A DNA stretch of 58,887 nt, the filler included. It is 4 parts of 4 records of this genome, joined end to end, with 100 filler letters (N's around TTAATTAATTAA, not from the genome) between each part and the next. Parts side by side here need not be neighbours in the genome. Positions count along the whole stretch, not along the records: positions 28,411 to 52,972 come from SRR22947725_143; 3 more parts are not named here. One strand, 5' to 3'. Shown here piece after piece: positions 36,839 through 47,538 of this stretch. Positions within the stretch are counted from its first letter, which is position 1. Every line of letters starts with the position of its first letter. Both the position numbers and the translations under genes were made by a program. The notes below the pieces were generated by a model, which was not told the DNA's origin, searched no databases, and saw only the letters and a program-made list of their open reading frames with translations.

Positions 36839-37992
36839 TGAAAAAAAAAATTCTTGTTTTCACTGGAAGTAGAGCTGATTTTGGTATTTTAAAACCATTG
36901 ATATTAAGAATTAAAAGAGAAAAATTATTGAAACTATTTTTATTTGCAGGGCCGCATCATTTTCAAAAAAAGTCAGGCTTTACAGCTAAAGAAATCAAAA
37001 AAAATAAACTTAAAGTAGACTATTCTCAAAAATATTTATTCAAAAATTTGAATGAAAAAGAAATTTTAAAATATTGTGGTGTTTCATTAATTGCTTTTAG
37101 CAAGATTTTTAACAAAAACAAACCAGACCTTATAATTTTATTAGGTGATAGATATGAGGTATTTATTTTTTGTATTGTAGCATTTTTTTTTAATATTCCA
37201 GTGGCTCATATTCATGGGGGTGAAGTTACATCCGGTGCGATGGATGATGCCTTGAGACATTCAATAACTAAAATGTCAAATATTCATTTTGTTTGTCACA
37301 AAGATTATAAAAAAAGAGTAATTCAGTTGGGAGAACATCCAAAAACTGTCTTCAATTTTGGTTCTTTGGCTCTAGAAACACTCAAAAGTAAAAAGATGTT
37401 AGAAAAAAAAGTTTTATTTAAAAAGTATAAAATTCCAACTGATAAAAAGACAATCTTAGTTACGTTTCATCCAGAGACAAAGAGTAAAATTTTTATAAAA
37501 AAACAAATTAAGATCTTACTTAGTTCCATTAAAAGAATTAATGAGAGTTTTATAATTTTTACAAATAATAATTTTGATACTTTTGGAAATTATTTCATCC
37601 AAGAGATATCAAATTTTTGTAAAAAAAATGTCAATTCAAAAATAATTAAATCTCTAGGTATTGATGAGTATCATAATTTTGTTTTTAATGTGGATTTAGT
37701 ATTAGGTAATTCGTCTAGTGGAGTTATTGAAGTTCCAATGTTGAAAACTCCAACTTTAAATATTGGAGAAAGACAAAAGGGAAGAGTTTTTTCAAAAAGT
37801 GTTTACCAAGTTGACTTAAACTCAAGAATGATTATTAAAAAAATTAACTTTATTTTTAGCAAAAAAGAAAAAAATACTTTTGAAAATAAGTTTTATAAAA
37901 AAGACACTTCATTAAACATGATTAGAGAAATCAAGAAATTTATTTTTAAAAAAAAAAAAAATACAAAAATATTTTATGACCTTAAAAGATAA
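36838..37992 (+). CDS. neuC: Hydrolysing NDP-bacillosamine/GlcNAc 2-epimerase (NeuC/LegG)
   Basis: TGSRADFG, LGDRYE, HIHGGEVTSGAMD, TFHPET, GNSSSG and GERQKGR motifs. Confidence 0.9.
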   Translation: MKKKILVFTGSRADFGILKPLILRIKREKLLKLFLFAGPHHFQKKSGFTAKEIKKNKLKVDYSQKYLFKNLNEKEILKYCGVSLIAFSKIFNKNKPDLIILLGDRYEVFIFCIVAFFFNIPVAHIHGGEVTSGAMDDALRHSITKMSNIHFVCHKDYKKRVIQLGEHPKTVFNFGSLALETLKSKKMLEKKVLFKKYKIPTDKKTILVTFHPETKSKIFIKKQIKILLSSIKRINESFIIFTNNNFDTFGNYFIQEISNFCKKNVNSKIIKSLGIDEYHNFVFNVDLVLGNSSSGVIEVPMLKTPTLNIGERQKGRVFSKSVYQVDLNSRMIIKKINFIFSKKEKNTFENKFYKKDTSLNMIREIKKFIFKKKKNTKIFYDLKR

Positions 37993-39049
37993 AATTTATG
38001 TAATTGCAGAAATAGGAGTAAATCATAACGGTAATTTGAAACTAGCAAAGAAGTTAATAATTGCTGCGAAAAATACTGGAGCTGATGCAGTAAAGTTTCA
38101 AAATTTTTCTGCAAATAATTTAGCTACCAAAAAATCACAAAAAGCTGATTATCAAAAAAAAAATACTAAAAATAATGAAACACAATATGAAATGTTAAAA
38201 AAATTAGAATTAAAAAAAGATAATTATTTTGAACTAAAAAAATTCTGTAAAAAAATAAAGATTGAATTTATTTCATCTGTTTTTGATGAAGAAAGTATTG
38301 ATTTTCTTTCTAAGAAGCTGAAAACAAAGTACATCAAAGTACCTTCTGGAGAATTGACTAATTATCCATTGTTAAAAAACTTACAAAGAATTAAAGACAA
38401 GATTATTTTATCAACTGGAATGTCTAATTTAAAAGAAATAGTTAATAGTTTAAATATAATTGCAAACAAAAAAATCTTTAAATTTGTTAATAAGGAAAAA
38501 GTTATAATTCACAATAAAAAGTTACATAAAAAATTTAAGAAAAGAATTATAGTATTACATTGTGTAACTGATTATCCTGTAGAAAATAAGTACGCAAATT
38601 TATCAGCTATTGAAAATTTAAAATTAAATTTAAAATTAGATGTTGGATATTCAGACCATACTTTGGGTATATTAGCACCATTAATAGCGGTCTCAAAAGG
38701 TGCAAAAATTATTGAAAAACATTTTACATTGAACAATAATATGTCTGGACCTGATCACAAAGCTTCATTAGAACCTAATGAATTTAAAAAAATGGTGGAA
38801 TATCTAAGAATTTTTGAAGCAATGAATGGAGATGGAAAAAAAAATTTACAAAAATGTGAATTAAAAAACATTCACATTGCAAGAAAAAGTATAGTAGCAA
38901 AGAAGTTTATTAAAAAGAATAATGTGTTTTCATATATGAATTTAACAACAAAAAGACCTGGAAATGGAATAAGTCCTATGAAAATAGTTAACTTAATAAA
39001 TAAAAAAGCAAAAAAAAACTTTCAACCTGACGAACTGATAAAAATATAA
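37976..39049 (+). CDS. neuB: Nonulosonic acid synthase (NeuB/LegI) with SAF domain
   Basis: IAEIGVNHNG, KVPSGE, LHCVTDYP, GYSDHT, GPDHKASLEP, ARKS and KRPGNGISP motifs. Confidence 0.92.
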   Translation: MTLKDKIYVIAEIGVNHNGNLKLAKKLIIAAKNTGADAVKFQNFSANNLATKKSQKADYQKKNTKNNETQYEMLKKLELKKDNYFELKKFCKKIKIEFISSVFDEESIDFLSKKLKTKYIKVPSGELTNYPLLKNLQRIKDKIILSTGMSNLKEIVNSLNIIANKKIFKFVNKEKVIIHNKKLHKKFKKRIIVLHCVTDYPVENKYANLSAIENLKLNLKLDVGYSDHTLGILAPLIAVSKGAKIIEKHFTLNNNMSGPDHKASLEPNEFKKMVEYLRIFEAMNGDGKKNLQKCELKNIHIARKSIVAKKFIKKNNVFSYMNLTTKRPGNGISPMKIVNLINKKAKKNFQPDELIKI

Positions 39050-40749
39050 TGAAAATTTTATCACTTTATCCTTGGACACACATATCTTCATCTGCATTGA
39101 TGATAAATGGAAAAATTGTAAGTGCTGCACCAGAGGAAAGATTTACAAGAAAAAAATGGACAACAGACTTTCCAATAAATTCTGCTAATTGGTGTTTAGA
39201 AAATTCTAAACTTTCATGGAATGATCTAGATTTAATTGTGATTCCATGGAATCCAGGTTTAAATATAAGCTCCGCATCATCGAGATGGGATAGTAATATC
39301 AGTTGGAGGGGGGAAATGCTAAGTAAAATTCCTTCAAATATTTTGAAAGCAACAAAAAACTATAATCCAGGTGTAATGAGTTTATCTTTTGATAAGACAA
39401 AAATAGTTTACTTAAATCATCATGACTGTCATGCGGCTTCAGCAGTTTTTGTTTCACCCTTTAATAAATGTGATTATCTGACAATAGATGGTCATGGTGA
39501 GGTAGAAACTTGTTTAATGGGTAATTTTGACGGAAAAAAACTTAATAATTTTCACTCAATAGCTTATCCCCATTCTGTCGGGTTACTCTATGGAGCTTTT
39601 ACAGATTTTTTAGGGTTTAAGCCAGATAATGATGAATGGAAAACAATGGCTCTTGCCTCGTTTTCTAAAAAAGAAAACCCATATGATAAAAAATTTTTAG
39701 AAGTTTACAAGCTCAAGCAAAACGGTTTTGAATTAAACCTGTCTTACTTTGATTTTTACATATTTGATAGAAAACCAAATTTTTATAATAAAAAGTTAAA
39801 AGAGTTATTTGGAAAACCAAGAAATAAAAATGAAAAAATAACAAAAAGACACCATGAAATTGCTGGAGCTCTTCAGAGAACATTTGAAAAAATTGTCTTT
39901 CATTTATTAAGAATTACAAAAAAATTAGGAGGTAAATCAAATAACATTGTATTAGCTGGTGGTGCTGCAATGAATTGTGTTTTCAATGGTAGAATTGAAA
40001 AAGGCAATATCTATAAAAATGATTTTGTTCCTCCATGGCCAGATGATTTAGGTGTTTCAATTGGTGCAACACTTTTAGCAAATAAAAACATAAAAAAAAT
40101 AAAGAAAAATTTTTTATTTAACAAATCTGTTTATTTAGGTCCAAAATATTCAGATAGAGAAATTGAAATTTTACTGAAAAAGTATGGTTTGAAATTTAAA
40201 AAAATGAACAAATTATACTCTTATATTGCTGATAAAATTTCAAAAGGTTACTTAATTGGATGGTTTCAAGATAGGATGGAGTTTACTCACAGAGCTCTTG
40301 GGAATAGATCCATACTTGCTGACCCAAGAAATAAAAATATTCAAAATATCATTAACAAAGCAGTAAAATACAGAGAGGGCTTCAGACCATTCGCCCCCGC
40401 AGTATTAGGAGAAAAGGCACACGAGATTTTTGACATAAAAAAAGGTAAAAAAATTGAATTTATGGAAAAAGCTGTATTGGTTAAAAATAATTGGAAAAAA
40501 AAAATACCAGCAGTAACTCATATTGATGGTACTGCAAGAGTTCAAACCGTTTATAAAAATTATAACTCTAAATTTTATAATCTGATTAAAGAATTTTATA
40601 AGCTAACTAATGTTCCAGTATTAGTTAATACATCTTTTAATTTAAATGGAGAGCCTATAGTTGAAAGCCCATCAGATGCAATACGTACTTTTCACACCTG
40701 TGGTCTAGATATTTTAGTTTTAGGAAACTATATAATAGAAAAGAAATGA
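39049..40749 (+). CDS. Carbamoyltransferase (NodU/CmcH family)
   Basis: EERFTRKK, HHDCHAAS, IDGHGE, AGGAAMNC, RALGNRSILADP, RPFAP and NTSFN motifs. Confidence 0.92.
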   Translation: MKILSLYPWTHISSSALMINGKIVSAAPEERFTRKKWTTDFPINSANWCLENSKLSWNDLDLIVIPWNPGLNISSASSRWDSNISWRGEMLSKIPSNILKATKNYNPGVMSLSFDKTKIVYLNHHDCHAASAVFVSPFNKCDYLTIDGHGEVETCLMGNFDGKKLNNFHSIAYPHSVGLLYGAFTDFLGFKPDNDEWKTMALASFSKKENPYDKKFLEVYKLKQNGFELNLSYFDFYIFDRKPNFYNKKLKELFGKPRNKNEKITKRHHEIAGALQRTFEKIVFHLLRITKKLGGKSNNIVLAGGAAMNCVFNGRIEKGNIYKNDFVPPWPDDLGVSIGATLLANKNIKKIKKNFLFNKSVYLGPKYSDREIEILLKKYGLKFKKMNKLYSYIADKISKGYLIGWFQDRMEFTHRALGNRSILADPRNKNIQNIINKAVKYREGFRPFAPAVLGEKAHEIFDIKKGKKIEFMEKAVLVKNNWKKKIPAVTHIDGTARVQTVYKNYNSKFYNLIKEFYKLTNVPVLVNTSFNLNGEPIVESPSDAIRTFHTCGLDILVLGNYIIEKK

Positions 40750-40753
40750 AAAT

Positions 40754-42061
40754 ATGAATAAAGGACAAAAGCTTTTAGATGAAGCAAAAAAAATTATTCC
40801 AGGGGGGAATCAATTATTATCCAAGAGAAGTGAATTATTTCTACCTGGCCACTGGCCTACATATTATAAAAAAGCTAAAGGCTGTAAAGTTTGGGACTTG
40901 AATAATAAAGTTTATTATGATTTTGCTGGGATGGGTGTAACATCTTGTGTATTGGGATACTCAAATAATGATGTTAATAAAGCTTTAATCCATGGTCTAA
41001 AATCAGGCTCCATGTGTACATTGAATGCGACAGAGGAAGTAGATTTAGCAAAAGAATTACTGAGCATTCATAAATGGTCAGGTATGGCAAAATTTTGTAA
41101 ATCTGGAGGTGAAGCATGCATGGTTGCAATAAGAATTGCCAGAGCTTTTACAAATAAAAACAATATTGCTTTTTGTGGTTATCATGGGTGGCATGACTGG
41201 TATCTTGCTACAAATATGTCAAATTCTAAAAATTTGGACAAACAATTACTTCCTGGCCTTAAAACAAGAGGGGTTTCTAATTCATTCAAAAACTCCATTA
41301 AACCTTTTTTTTATAATGATATCAGTTCATTAAAAAAAATTTTTAAAAAAAGAAATAATAATATTGGTATAATAATCATGGAACCAATGAGAGCTGTAAA
41401 GCCCTCTAGTAATTTTTTAAAACAAGTAAAATCTATTGCTAAAAAAAATAACGCATTACTTATTTTTGATGAGATAACATCTGGATTTAAAGACAATTAT
41501 GGTGGGTTACACTTAAAATTAAAGGTAAATCCTGATCTAGCAATTTTTGGAAAGTCTATTGGAAATGGATATCCGATTTCAGCAATAATAGGTAGAAAAA
41601 AAATTATGCAAGTAGCTCAAGAAACATTCATTAGCTCAACTATGTGGACCGATAGATTGGGTTTTATTGCAGCAAAAACAACTTTAAAAAAATTGAAGCA
41701 ATTAAAAATAAATAAAAAAATATCAAATTATGGAAAAATTATTAAGAAAGGTTGGATAGAAATTGCAAAAAAAAATAATATTAAAATAGGCATAAGTGGT
41801 CAGGACAGTATCCCATATTTAAGATTTGACTATCCTAATAGTCTAGAAATAATGACTTATTTTACACAAGAAATGTTAAAGAAAGGATTTCTTGCAGGTG
41901 GTCAAGTAGCCACGAGCTACGCTTATAATCAAAAAATAATTAATAAGTATTTGAAATCTGTTGATATTGTTTTTAGCAACATCCGCAGATGTTTAGAAGC
42001 AGGTAAGTTTCCTTTAAAAGGTGAAATTAAACATTCTACATTTAAGAGACTAACAGGTTAA
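40754..42061 (+). CDS. Class III PLP aminotransferase (GSA-aminomutase-like, polysaccharide-cluster type)
   Basis: IPGG..LLSKR, GYHGWHDW, IFDEITSGF and FGKSIGNG motifs. Confidence 0.88.
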   Translation: MNKGQKLLDEAKKIIPGGNQLLSKRSELFLPGHWPTYYKKAKGCKVWDLNNKVYYDFAGMGVTSCVLGYSNNDVNKALIHGLKSGSMCTLNATEEVDLAKELLSIHKWSGMAKFCKSGGEACMVAIRIARAFTNKNNIAFCGYHGWHDWYLATNMSNSKNLDKQLLPGLKTRGVSNSFKNSIKPFFYNDISSLKKIFKKRNNNIGIIIMEPMRAVKPSSNFLKQVKSIAKKNNALLIFDEITSGFKDNYGGLHLKLKVNPDLAIFGKSIGNGYPISAIIGRKKIMQVAQETFISSTMWTDRLGFIAAKTTLKKLKQLKINKKISNYGKIIKKGWIEIAKKNNIKIGISGQDSIPYLRFDYPNSLEIMTYFTQEMLKKGFLAGGQVATSYAYNQKIINKYLKSVDIVFSNIRRCLEAGKFPLKGEIKHSTFKRLTG

Positions 42062-42088
42062 TAGATATATATATTTAAAAAAAAATTA

Positions 42089-43279
42089 ATGTTTAATTTG
42101 ATGGAAAAAGAATTATTAAATAATGTTATAAAATCGATAGGTAAATTTAATTCACATAAAAAAAGTGTGGTTTATTTACATGAACCAAATATTGATAAAA
42201 ATGACTGGATTAACGTTAAAGAATGTCTGGAAAGAAATTTTGTATCCACTGTAGGAAACTATGTAAACGAATTCGAAGATGAATTAAAAAAATTTACTAA
42301 ATCAAAATATGTTGTTGCAATAGTAAATGGCACTTCAGCGTTACACGTTTCGTTAAAAGTTCTTGGGGTTGAATATAATGATGAGGTTCTTATGCCTTCT
42401 CTCAACTTTATTGCTTCATCAAATGCAGCAAGTTATTGTGGAGCAATTCCACATTTTGTAGAGGTTGATAAAGATACTATGGGTGTAGATCCAAAAAAAC
42501 TCAAAGATTATTTACAAAAATTAGTTTTTTTAAAAAAAGGTAAAGCTTATAACAAAAAAACTAAACGAAGAATCTCATGTTTTATTTTACTTCATTTATT
42601 TGGTCATCCTTCAAAAGTGGATGTTGTTAAAAAAATATTATCTAAATTTAAAATTCCGATGATAGAAGATACCGCCGAAGGTTTGGGTAGTTTTTACAAA
42701 AAAAAACATTTAGGAACTTTTGGTAATATTGGTGTTTTAAGTTTTAATGGAAATAAAATTATCACCACAGGAAGTGGTGGAGCAATATTAACCAATAATA
42801 AAAGTATCGCAAAAAAATTAAAGTTTTTAACAACTACCGCAAAAATTCCTCACAAATGGAAATATGAATATTCTGATGTTGGGTTTAATTATAGATTGGC
42901 TGGCATAAATGCAGCTCTAGGATGTAGTCAATTAAAAAAATTAAAAAATTATATACGATTAAAAAGAAAGTTATTTTTAATTTATCTAAAAAATTTTTCT
43001 GGGAGTAAAAATTTTGAAATATTTAAAGAGCCAAAATTCTCAAAAAGTAATTACTGGCTTCAAACTTTGTTATTAAAAAAAAGTTCTTTAAGAAAAAGAG
43101 ATAATCTAATTAAGATGATGAATGACGAAGGTTTTTCAGCTAGACCAGTATGGAAACCGTTACATAAATTAAAACATCTTAAGACTTGTCCAAAAATGAA
43201 TTTAACTGTTACAGAAGATTTAGAGGCAAGAATAATTAATTTGCCAAGCAGCGCTTATTTAGCTAACTATAAATTTTAA
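42089..43279 (+). CDS. legC: DegT-family sugar aminotransferase (LegC-like)
   Basis: LHEP, VSTVG, NGTSALH, EDTAEGLGS, SFNGNKIITTG and GFNYR motifs. Confidence 0.9.
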   Translation: MFNLMEKELLNNVIKSIGKFNSHKKSVVYLHEPNIDKNDWINVKECLERNFVSTVGNYVNEFEDELKKFTKSKYVVAIVNGTSALHVSLKVLGVEYNDEVLMPSLNFIASSNAASYCGAIPHFVEVDKDTMGVDPKKLKDYLQKLVFLKKGKAYNKKTKRRISCFILLHLFGHPSKVDVVKKILSKFKIPMIEDTAEGLGSFYKKKHLGTFGNIGVLSFNGNKIITTGSGGAILTNNKSIAKKLKFLTTTAKIPHKWKYEYSDVGFNYRLAGINAALGCSQLKKLKNYIRLKRKLFLIYLKNFSGSKNFEIFKEPKFSKSNYWLQTLLLKKSSLRKRDNLIKMMNDEGFSARPVWKPLHKLKHLKTCPKMNLTVTEDLEARIINLPSSAYLANYKF

Positions 43280-43280
43280 A

Positions 43281-44468
43281 ATGACTGAAATAAAACAAAA
43301 ATTAAAAAAATGTACTAAATGTCAATTACCTGAGACCTATGAGACTATTGAATTTGATAAAGATGGTTCGTGTAATATATGCGAAGGTGTTAAACATAAA
43401 ACAGATAAGATCGATTGGAATGAGAGAAAATTACTCCTTGATAAGATTATAGAACAACATAGAGGAAAGTGCGCTTACGATTGCATAATTCCCTTTTCTG
43501 GAGGAAAAGATAGCGTATTTCAATTGTACTATCTAATCAAAGAATACAAAATCAAACCTCTACTTGTAAGATTCAATCATGGTTTCATAAGAAAAACAAC
43601 CCAAGATAATGTCAACATGATTTTAAAAAAACTGGGAGTAGATTTTATAGATTTTACACCGAATTGGAAAATAGTTAAAAAAGTAATGCTCGAAGCATTT
43701 AAAAGAAAAACAGATTTTTGCTGGCATTGTCACACAGGAATATATTCTTATCCAATTAGAGTTGCCTTAATGCACAAAGTGCCATTAATTTTTTATGGAG
43801 AACCTCAAGCAGAATTTAATACATATTATGATTATACTGTAGATGGCTTAGATTATGAAAATGAAGATCGATTTAATATGTTAAGAACTTTGGGTATCAC
43901 CGCAGAGGATATGCATGGCATGATTGACACTCCTGAAGATCCTGTAGATAAAAGAGATTTAATTCCTTATACATTCCCGGACTCAAAAGAATTAGAAAAA
44001 TTAAACTATCAACCTGTTTCTTTGGGAAGCTTTATTCCTTGGGATCATCACAAGAATACAGAATTAATAAAAAAAGAATTAGGATGGAAAGTCGATGAAC
44101 TAGAAGGTGTTCCATCAGAAATAAATAAACACGGAGAAAAAATTGAGTGTTTTATGCAGGGAACAAGAGATTATATTAAATTTTTAAAAAGAGGTTATAG
44201 CAGAGTATCTCAAATAAATGCTTCAAATGTAAGACATAAAAGAATGACACCTGTAGAGGCAAAAGAAATTAATGAAAAATTTGATGGAAGAAAACCTCCC
44301 TCTTTAGATATTTTCTTAGAATATGTTGGTCTAACTGAAAATGAATTCAACGAAATTGTTGATAGAACTACGATTCCTCCACACAAACCAAATTATAACA
44401 CCAATGAAATAGCTTCAAAAACTTGGGATTTTGATCAATGGTATAGAGAAAATAATAAAAAAAAATGA
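43281..44468 (+). CDS. N-acetyl sugar amidotransferase (WbuX/PseA/PtmG family)
   Basis: CxxC..CxxC, YDCIIPFSGGKDS PP-loop and YGE motifs; followed by HisH/HisF paralogues. Confidence 0.88.
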   Translation: MTEIKQKLKKCTKCQLPETYETIEFDKDGSCNICEGVKHKTDKIDWNERKLLLDKIIEQHRGKCAYDCIIPFSGGKDSVFQLYYLIKEYKIKPLLVRFNHGFIRKTTQDNVNMILKKLGVDFIDFTPNWKIVKKVMLEAFKRKTDFCWHCHTGIYSYPIRVALMHKVPLIFYGEPQAEFNTYYDYTVDGLDYENEDRFNMLRTLGITAEDMHGMIDTPEDPVDKRDLIPYTFPDSKELEKLNYQPVSLGSFIPWDHHKNTELIKKELGWKVDELEGVPSEINKHGEKIECFMQGTRDYIKFLKRGYSRVSQINASNVRHKRMTPVEAKEINEKFDGRKPPSLDIFLEYVGLTENEFNEIVDRTTIPPHKPNYNTNEIASKTWDFDQWYRENNKKK

Positions 44469-45085
44469 TAGGAATAGTTGACTATGGTTTGGGCAATTTA
44501 TCTTCTGTTTATAATGCTTTTAAGAAAGAAACAGAGAATGTAGAGGTTTTTAACAATCCAGATTTAACTAAATCTTACTCAAAAATAGTTTTGCCAGGTG
44601 TAGGATCATTTAATATTGGGATGGATTTTCTACACAAAAAAGGTTGGGAAAAAGAAATTAAAAATCATGTAGCATCTGGAAAGTATATATTAGGAATATG
44701 TCTAGGCATGCAGCTGTTATTCAATGAAGGTGAAGAAGATGGAGTAACGGATGGTTTGAAAATAATTGATGGAACTGTAAAAAAAATGAAAATAAGTAAT
44801 AGATTAAAGTTACCACATGTAGGATGGAATAATTTATTATTTAAAAAAAAACATCAAATATTTGATGGGTTAAAATCAAAAGTAGATTTTTATTTCGTGC
44901 ATTCGTACGCATGCTTTGTTTCTGATAAAGATAATATTTTAGCTGAATTTAATTATGGTGATAAAAATTTTACCGCATGTGTTGTTAAAGATAATGTGAT
45001 TGGAACACAATTTCATCCAGAAAAAAGTTTACCCTCAGGTCTTAAATTGATCAAAAATTTTGCAACATTGAAGGATTATGCTTAA
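44465..45085 (+). CDS. hisH: HisH-like glutamine amidotransferase (LPS-cluster paralogue)
   Basis: DYGLGN, LPGVGSF, GICLGMQ, FYFVHSY and QFHPEKS motifs. Confidence 0.88.
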   Translation: MIGIVDYGLGNLSSVYNAFKKETENVEVFNNPDLTKSYSKIVLPGVGSFNIGMDFLHKKGWEKEIKNHVASGKYILGICLGMQLLFNEGEEDGVTDGLKIIDGTVKKMKISNRLKLPHVGWNNLLFKKKHQIFDGLKSKVDFYFVHSYACFVSDKDNILAEFNYGDKNFTACVVKDNVIGTQFHPEKSLPSGLKLIKNFATLKDYA

Positions 45086-45842
45086 AAAAAGAGTAATACC
45101 TGTATTATTATTAAACAACGGACGTATGGTCAAGGGAAAGCAATTTCAAAATTTTATTGATACTGGTAATCCCTCCACTGCTGTTAAAATCTACACTTCT
45201 CAATATGCAGATGAGCTAATGTTTATAGATATAAAGGCTAGTTTAGAGTCAAGAAAAGCTTTAATTGATATAATTTCAAATGCTGCAAGAGATGCGTTAA
45301 TGCCATTAACTGTTGGAGGTGGAATTAAAACAATTGAACAAATTAGAGAAATCTTAGCAATTGGTGCGGATAAAGTTCTCATTACAACTTCAGCTTATGA
45401 AAATAGTAATTTTATTTTGGAGGCAGTTAAATATTTTGGATCTCAAGCCATTATTGGTGGAATAGATTATAAATTAGATGAAGATGAAAGAAATTATGTT
45501 TGGACACATTGTGGTACAAAAAAGACCAAAATATCTCCTTTAGAATTTTCTCAAAAGCTTCAAGACCTTGGTGTTGGTGAAATAATGCTAAATTCTATTG
45601 ACAGAGATGGAATGATGAAAGGATACGATTTAGATCTATTGGATCTTATTTCAAAAAAAATGGACATACCAATTATTGCGTGTGGTGGAGCAGGAAATTT
45701 TAGTCATTTAGTAGATTTGTATAAAGATACAGATGTAGCTGCAGCAGCTTGTTCCAGCATCTTTCATTTCGGTGATAATTGCCCAATGCAAGCTAGAACT
45801 TATATGAGAAACCATGGAATTGAAATGAGAAATATTAAGTGA
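45078..45842 (+). CDS. hisF: HisF-like cyclase subunit (LPS-cluster paralogue, WbuZ/AglZ-like)
   Basis: RVIPVLL, ADEL, PLTVGGGI, GADKV, SIDRDG..GYD and CGGAG motifs. Confidence 0.85.
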   Translation: MLKKRVIPVLLLNNGRMVKGKQFQNFIDTGNPSTAVKIYTSQYADELMFIDIKASLESRKALIDIISNAARDALMPLTVGGGIKTIEQIREILAIGADKVLITTSAYENSNFILEAVKYFGSQAIIGGIDYKLDEDERNYVWTHCGTKKTKISPLEFSQKLQDLGVGEIMLNSIDRDGMMKGYDLDLLDLISKKMDIPIIACGGAGNFSHLVDLYKDTDVAAAACSSIFHFGDNCPMQARTYMRNHGIEMRNIK

Positions 45843-46816
45843 AAAGCATTAGTTATAAAAAAATTTCTGACTTCCTCATTTTTGGAGGAGGCGAAATAAT
45901 AACTGATATTTGTCTTTTTCTAAAAAAAAGAAGAAAAAAAATTATAGTTATTGCTAGTAAGCAACAAGCAAATGATTTTATCCAATCTAAAAAAATGAAA
46001 CTTAAAAATTTTTTAAATAAAAATAAAATTAAATTAATCATAATTAATAAAAATGATAATAAATGGATTAACTTAGTTAAAAAACATACATTTGGTATTT
46101 CTCATTCTCATCGATGGATATTTGAAAAGGATCAAATTAAAAAATTTGACAATAAATTAATAAATTTTCATTATTCAAATCTTCCAGCTTTTAGAGGAGC
46201 TGGGGGCTTAACATGGAATATATTAACTAAAAGATATATCTCGGGTTCAACCATTCATCTTGTTAATAAAAAAATAGACATGGGATTTTCATTGATGACA
46301 AGATCATTTTCATTTCCAAAAAAAATAAGGAGCTCTTTATCAGAAATGCAAAATTATTCTTTACTTATACAAAAGAAGTTTATAATTAAATTTTTAACTA
46401 GATTACTAAAAGGCTCATCATTTCAGTTAAAAGCTATTTCAAATGATAAAGACTCGTTTTACTGGCCAAGATTAAATACTAAAAAAAATGCATGGATCAA
46501 TTGGAACTGGCATGCTCGAGATATTGTAGATTTTATAAATGCTTTTTCAAAGCCATATGAGGGAGCCGCAACTCAAATAGAAAAAAATGTAGTTAGATTT
46601 ACTGAGGCTAACTTTTTAAATACAAAAATTAAATTTCATCCTTTTCAGTATGGGTTAATTTTTAGAAAAACTGCAAAAAAAATATATGTGGCAGCTAACC
46701 AAGGTATTGTTGTGATAAATATAATGAATAATGATTATAAAGGAAAATATTTAGGTAAAAGATTATTTTCAAGTTTAAAAAATTTAGAACAATCATTCAA
46801 ATTGGTAAGAATTTAA
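45839..46816 (+). CDS. Formyltransferase-family protein
   Basis: INFHYSNLPAFRG, TIH...IDMG and a C-terminal INW..AFSKPYEGA Fmt-like domain. Confidence 0.75.
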   Translation: MKSISYKKISDFLIFGGGEIITDICLFLKKRRKKIIVIASKQQANDFIQSKKMKLKNFLNKNKIKLIIINKNDNKWINLVKKHTFGISHSHRWIFEKDQIKKFDNKLINFHYSNLPAFRGAGGLTWNILTKRYISGSTIHLVNKKIDMGFSLMTRSFSFPKKIRSSLSEMQNYSLLIQKKFIIKFLTRLLKGSSFQLKAISNDKDSFYWPRLNTKKNAWINWNWHARDIVDFINAFSKPYEGAATQIEKNVVRFTEANFLNTKIKFHPFQYGLIFRKTAKKIYVAANQGIVVINIMNNDYKGKYLGKRLFSSLKNLEQSFKLVRI

Positions 46817-46839
46817 AAAATGGAAATTAAATTAAAGAT

Positions 46840-47538
46840 ATGAAAAAGATACTAGGAATAATTCTAGCAAGAGGTGGATCAAAAGGTATTAAAGATAAAA
46901 ATATAGTCAAATTTGGTAATAAACCACTAATAAAATGGACATTTGATACAGCGAAAAAATCAAAAAAAATAAGTAGATTAATTTTGAGTACAGACTCTAA
47001 AAAAATTGCTTCTATAGCAAAAAAAAATAAGATTGAGGTTCCGTTTTTAAGACCTAAAAAATTTGCAGGTGATAACTCAAAATCTATTGATGCAATTGAA
47101 CATGCAATTAATTTTTTCAAAAAACAAAAAGTTTATTTTGATTATATTGTTTTGTTAGAGCCAACATCTCCTTTAAGAACAACAATAGATATAAATAAAT
47201 CAATTGATCTGATAATTAGAAATAAAGCAGATTCTTTGGTAAGCATTTGTAAAGTTGACGAAATAAATCCGTCTTTTTTATTTAAAAAAAAGAATAAGAA
47301 GTTACAGCCATTAGAAAAAAAAATTTCAAATCATCTTAGAAGACAGGATGTTGAACCAATTTATTTCCTAGAGGGTACAATCTATATTTCAAAAACAGAT
47401 GTTTTATTTAAAAAAAGATCCTTTTGTAATTCTAATACCATTGGTTTTGAAGTTCCAAAATGGAAATCTTTAGAAATTGATGATAAATATGATCTTGAGA
47501 TAGGCAATTCAATTCTCAAACAAAGAAAAATTAAATGA
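46840..47538 (+). CDS. Acylneuraminate cytidylyltransferase (NeuA/LegF)
   Basis: LARGGSKGIKDKN, STDS, VPFLRP, LEPTSPLR and SLEIDD motifs. Confidence 0.9.
   Translation: MKKILGIILARGGSKGIKDKNIVKFGNKPLIKWTFDTAKKSKKISRLILSTDSKKIASIAKKNKIEVPFLRPKKFAGDNSKSIDAIEHAINFFKKQKVYFDYIVLLEPTSPLRTTIDINKSIDLIIRNKADSLVSICKVDEINPSFLFKKKNKKLQPLEKKISNHLRRQDVEPIYFLEGTIYISKTDVLFKKRSFCNSNTIGFEVPKWKSLEIDDKYDLEIGNSILKQRKIK

Noticed and set aside
40754-42061. hemL (tetrapyrrole synthesis)
   Set aside because: Operon context and the LLSKR/GYHGWHDW motifs fit polysaccharide-cluster paralogues rather than HemL.
44465-45842. Histidine biosynthesis operon
   Set aside because: hisH/hisF follow a WbuX/PseA-type amidotransferase, the known LPS-cluster ammonia-supply arrangement; no other his genes are present.
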